Assembly (NCBI GenBank): GCA_964016885.1
Contig: OZ024753.1
Span: 27,590,001-27,654,000, forward strand
Direction: 5' to 3'
Origin: Eledone cirrhosa
Taxonomy: Eukaryota
Length of the DNA: 64,000 nt
The notes beneath the pieces were generated by a model that was not told the origin of the DNA, ran no database searches, and saw nothing but the letters and a program-made list of their open reading frames with translations. Below are positions 59,877 to 64,000 of this stretch, in pieces (positions within the stretch are counted from its first letter, which is position 1; every line of letters starts with the position of its first letter). The position numbers and the translations under genes were made by a program.

Positions 59877-61152
59877 TCATCATCATCATCATCATCGTTT
59901 AACGTCCATATTCCACGCTTGCATGGGTTTGGACGGGGGTTTTCCCACTTGAGGCAAGAGTAGTTGTCTTGCTCGCATAGGACTGTCTGGCGGGTTTTCT
60001 ACGGCTGGATGCCCTTCCTAACACCAACCACATTTACAGTGTGGAACTGGGAGGTTTTTACTGTGTTGCCTACACGGCCACATTACAGCGTGGACTGTGT
60101 GTTTTTTTGTTGTGACACCTACACGACCTCATTTGTTTCGGGCTGGATGTTGTGGCACCAACATAACTTTACATTGAAGGGGTGGTGTGGATAGGGTGGG
60201 GGTAGTAGGACGGGGTGTATTTTGTTAGAGGTGCCTACTGACTGTAGAATGTTTCACTTTGTACTTAGGTAAGGCGGGTCTTCTCTATTACTGTGTAGCG
60301 CCAAAGCTCTCGGTCCAGTGACATTGTCTTGGAGAGGTGTAAGTGTGTGAGGTCGGAATTATCAAGTCGTCCCAGGTTTTTCTGGGTCTGCCTACTCCGT
60401 GGCTACCGTCTATTTTTATTGCCCTGCACTTTTTTATACAGCTGTCATCTTTCTTGCGCATCACGTGACCATACCAACGTAGTCTTCTCTCGAGTAAACA
60501 ACATGTGATCCCTCTTATTTCTAATTTCTCCCTTAGTACGTTTATGCTTTGTCGTTCACGTATGTTACTATTACACATCCAGCGGAGCATGCAAGCTTCG
60601 TTTCTCTCCAGTCTGCGTATATCCTCTGCTCACAATGCCCAGGTCTCACTGCCATGTAACATTGCTGTTCGTATGCAGGCATCATACAGCCTGCCTTTCA
60701 TTTTTAGAGAGAACCCTTTAGCGGCCAATAGTGGTATAAGCTCTCTGAACTTTTTCCATCCCGTTCTGACCCTAGCTACTGTACTTTCAGAGCACCCTCC
60801 CCCACTGCTGATTTTATCACCCAGGTAACGGAAGCTGTCCACTATTTCTATAGAACCATCTGTGCAATGGAATGAGTTAGTATTCTGTGGGAACTTGCTG
60901 CTACTTATTGCACCAGAGCACCTGCCACATATAAAATCTATATTCTTAGATAATTTACCTGTGATTCCACTACATCTTTTATGTACCCATACTTTGCATT
61001 TGGTACATAAAATGGAGTTTCTACCTACTCCTCTCCTACACACTGAGCATGGTCTTTTCCCTGATGGGACCGGTGCCCTATTTTCCTTCCTACAAACTAG
61101 AACTTTAGTCTTAGACAAGTTAACTTTAAGGCCTTTTGATTCTAGGCCATGC

Positions 61153-61153
<1 letters not shown>
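59877..61153 (-). mobile_element. 5'-truncated RTE-clade LINE with (GAT)n tail and PHD-like finger in ORF2
   Basis: GLKVNLSKTKVL, CSVC..C..C..H..C..C..C, FRYLGD, HGSETW, MLRWMC, RLRWYGHV, GRPRKTW; in-frame stop at 60630; (CAT)n at 59878-59896. Confidence 0.88.
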
Positions 61154-61223
<70 letters not shown>

Positions 61224-61262
61224 TATTATATATATATAATATATATATATATATATAATATA

Positions 61263-63560
61263 TACTCTTTTACTCTTTTAATCTTTTACCTGTTTCAGCC
61301 ATCCAGCTGAAGCCATGCTGGGGCACCGCCCTTGTTGCTACACATTTTATCTCCAGCCTGTATAGGTTGGCCACTGGTGTAAGAGGGAGTTTGTTGCTGC
61401 TGCCCTTAGGTTTCCCTCGTGTCTTGCTGTGGGCTCATCCGGGATCCTGGATAACAAGATGTCGAGATGTTTCTTGAAGACATCCACCTCCACGTCATGC
61501 AAATCTCTCAGATCCCTCGGCAGCCTGTTGAAGAGTTGAGGGCCCTTGAATCCCAGGCTATTGCAATACCTGCTCCTTATTCTAGATGTGGAAGACGGGA
61601 CCTTTGGCACCACACAGTGACGTCCTGTTCGACGGTTGGTCCAGCTCCCAATGCCAAAGTTTGGTGCTAGTCCCTCCAGGATTTTCCACATGTAGATCAC
61701 TGCGTTTCTCTCCAGTCTTTGTTCCAAGGAGTAGAGGTTCAGTTCCTTTAGCCTTGTCCAGTAGCTTGTCTCTCTCATCTTGGCAATCCTCTTGGTGTAG
61801 CTTCGCTGGATTGCCTCAAGCTCCATGGTTAGTTTGACACTATGGGGTGACCACAACTGGAAGCAGTAGTCCAGGCGGCTTAGGACAAATGTTCTCCATA
61901 GTGACAACATGGTGTCTCGATCTCTTGTCCGGAAAGTCCTCAAGATCCAGCCAGCGAGTCGTCTGCACGTTGTCGCCACTTTCATGATGTGTGAAGAAAA
62001 AGATGCATCATCGCTCATGTCTATGCCCAGGTCTCGTATCGATTTTGACACAGGGATATCGGTCCCTCCTGGTCCTGTGTAGTTGTGTTCTACTATATTT
62101 GTGTTTGGAGGTTTGTTTGGATGTTTGTATTGTAGGGCTTGAAATTTGCCAGCATTAAACTGCATGTTGTTTTCTTCCGCCCATTTGTATATGGCATCCA
62201 GATCCTGCTGTAAAAGGGCAGCGTCAGCCGGGTTTTTGATTGCCTGTGCTACCTTAGTGTCATCAGCATAGCTAGTGAGGGATGTTGTTGTATGCACTAC
62301 AGAGGGCATGTCTGAGAGAGCCACCAAAAACAGTAGTGGTCCCAGGACTGTCCCCCTGGGGCACCCCACTTGTTATTAGTGTTTCCCTCGAGAGTGCCCC
62401 ATTTGCTGCGACTGCCTGGCTTCTGTCCCTTAGGAAGCCATGCAGCCACTCACCTACTTTTCCAGTTATCCCGAGTCCGTGTAGTTTGTGACATATTCCG
62501 TGGTCGACCTTGTCAAAGGCCTTCGCAAAGTCAAGATATATCACGTCCACATGTGAGTTGTCTAGTAGTTGTTTCAGTACCCAGTCATAGTGATGTAGCA
62601 GCTGTGTAAGGCAGCTTCTTCCTGGGCGGAAGCCATGTTGCGTGCTAGTCAGGCGGCCATTTTCCTTGAGGAAAGTGATTAGTTTCTTTCTGACGACTCG
62701 CTCCATTAACTTACTGATATGCGACGTCAGGGAGACTGGCCTATAGTTTTTGGCCTCCGCTCTACTACCTCCTTTATGGATAGGGCATATTGTGCTTTCT
62801 TTCAGCTCCCTGGGTAGTACACCGCTAGCCAAGGAGCTTCTGAAGAGCATCTTCAGTGGAGTTGCTAAGGCCCGCTTACGTATTTTTAAGAGAACTGCTG
62901 GGAATCCATCAGGTCCAGCAGCCGAGTCTGTTCTAATTTCATCAATGGCGTACACCACATCCTCCTCCGCTATGTCTATGTGGTTGATGGTTGCCATTTC
63001 TTCATGTAGTGTTGTGGCATCAAAGAACTCCTCTGGTTTCGTTATTTGCATGTGCCTCAGTGGACATGTGAACACACTTTTGTACTGTTCGTTCAGTATT
63101 TCACATATCTCTTGGGGGTTTTCGGTTAATGAACCGTCCGTATGGAAGAGTGGTCCAATCTTGCAGTGTACTGAGGCAGTTTCTTTTGCAAATTTAAAGA
63201 AGGCCTTAGGGTTTGTTTTAATGTTTTCTATGGCCCTGTTCTCTTTCTTTGCCCTCTCATTCTCATGGGAAAGCTTGAAGTGCAATCTCGGTGCCAAGTA
63301 ATGCACATTTCAAATAGGATTCCTTCTTGTTTTTGTTTTGTTGACTATTCAACTGGTTTGAGAGTTTGGTTCTACGTCTCATAAGGATTTTCCTATCTCT
63401 GGGAATAAGATTTTTGTGTCTGTTTGCCTTTTTCTCCGGGACAAACTTTTTGCATATAGTGTGTATCGTTGTCATGAAGTGTTGAAATTGTATGTTAGTG
63501 TCTTGTGTGGCGGTGTTTTCACTCCATGTTAGCTTCCGGATTTCTCTCTTAATCTTTTAA
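61263..63560 (-). mobile_element. 5'-truncated APE-RT LINE (frameshifted) with complete 3' end and (AAAAGAGT)-like tail
   Basis: ORFs 63263-63475, 62272-63306 and 61347-62369 give a continuous RT; similar to 46902-48589. Confidence 0.92.
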
Positions 63561-63674
63561 TGTTTTTTTTTTCCCGTTAGCCTTGTAGAATATATTATAT
63601 ATATATAATATATATATATATATTATATATATATAATATATATATATTATGTATATATAATATATATATATAAT

Positions 63675-63719
<45 letters not shown>

Positions 63720-64000
63720 TATATATATTATATATATATATATAATATATATATATATTATATATACATTATATATATATTACATATATATATTACATAT
63801 ATATATATTATATATATATATTATATATATATAATATATATATTATATATATATATATTATATATATATAATAAATATATATAATATATATATATTATAT
63901 ATATATATTATATATATATAATATATATATTATATATATATAATATATATATTATATATAATATATATATTATATATATATAATATATATATATATATAT

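Overview
AT-rich eukaryotic (animal) repeat-dense region with no recognisable host gene. The SINE and LINE tails resemble those I recall from octopod cephalopods (inference). Almost everything between the (TA)n microsatellites is a mobile element: at least nine Penelope-like element (PLE) copies or fragments (most with the YRDD RT plus C-terminal GIY-YIG typical of the Naiad clade), a near-intact full-length APE-RT LINE with an unusual ORF1, two copies of a second APE-RT LINE, RTE fragments, two tRNA-derived SINEs and a non-autonomous Helitron with an internal minisatellite. The main hidden signal, found by manual folding, is about 17 distinct families (about 35 copies) of type I hammerhead ribozyme (HHR) motifs. 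Some lie in PLE pLTRs, but many lie in ORF-less 0.3-1.0 kb tandem units that look like retrozymes. They show base-pair covariation between related families, U3-A8 core variants and a recurrent mismatch at the base of stem II. Many insertions are head-to-head pairs, of the same or of different RNAs, with both 3' ends running outward into (TA)n. Most listed six-frame ORFs are microsatellite artefacts. Coordinates were counted by hand and may be off by a few bases.
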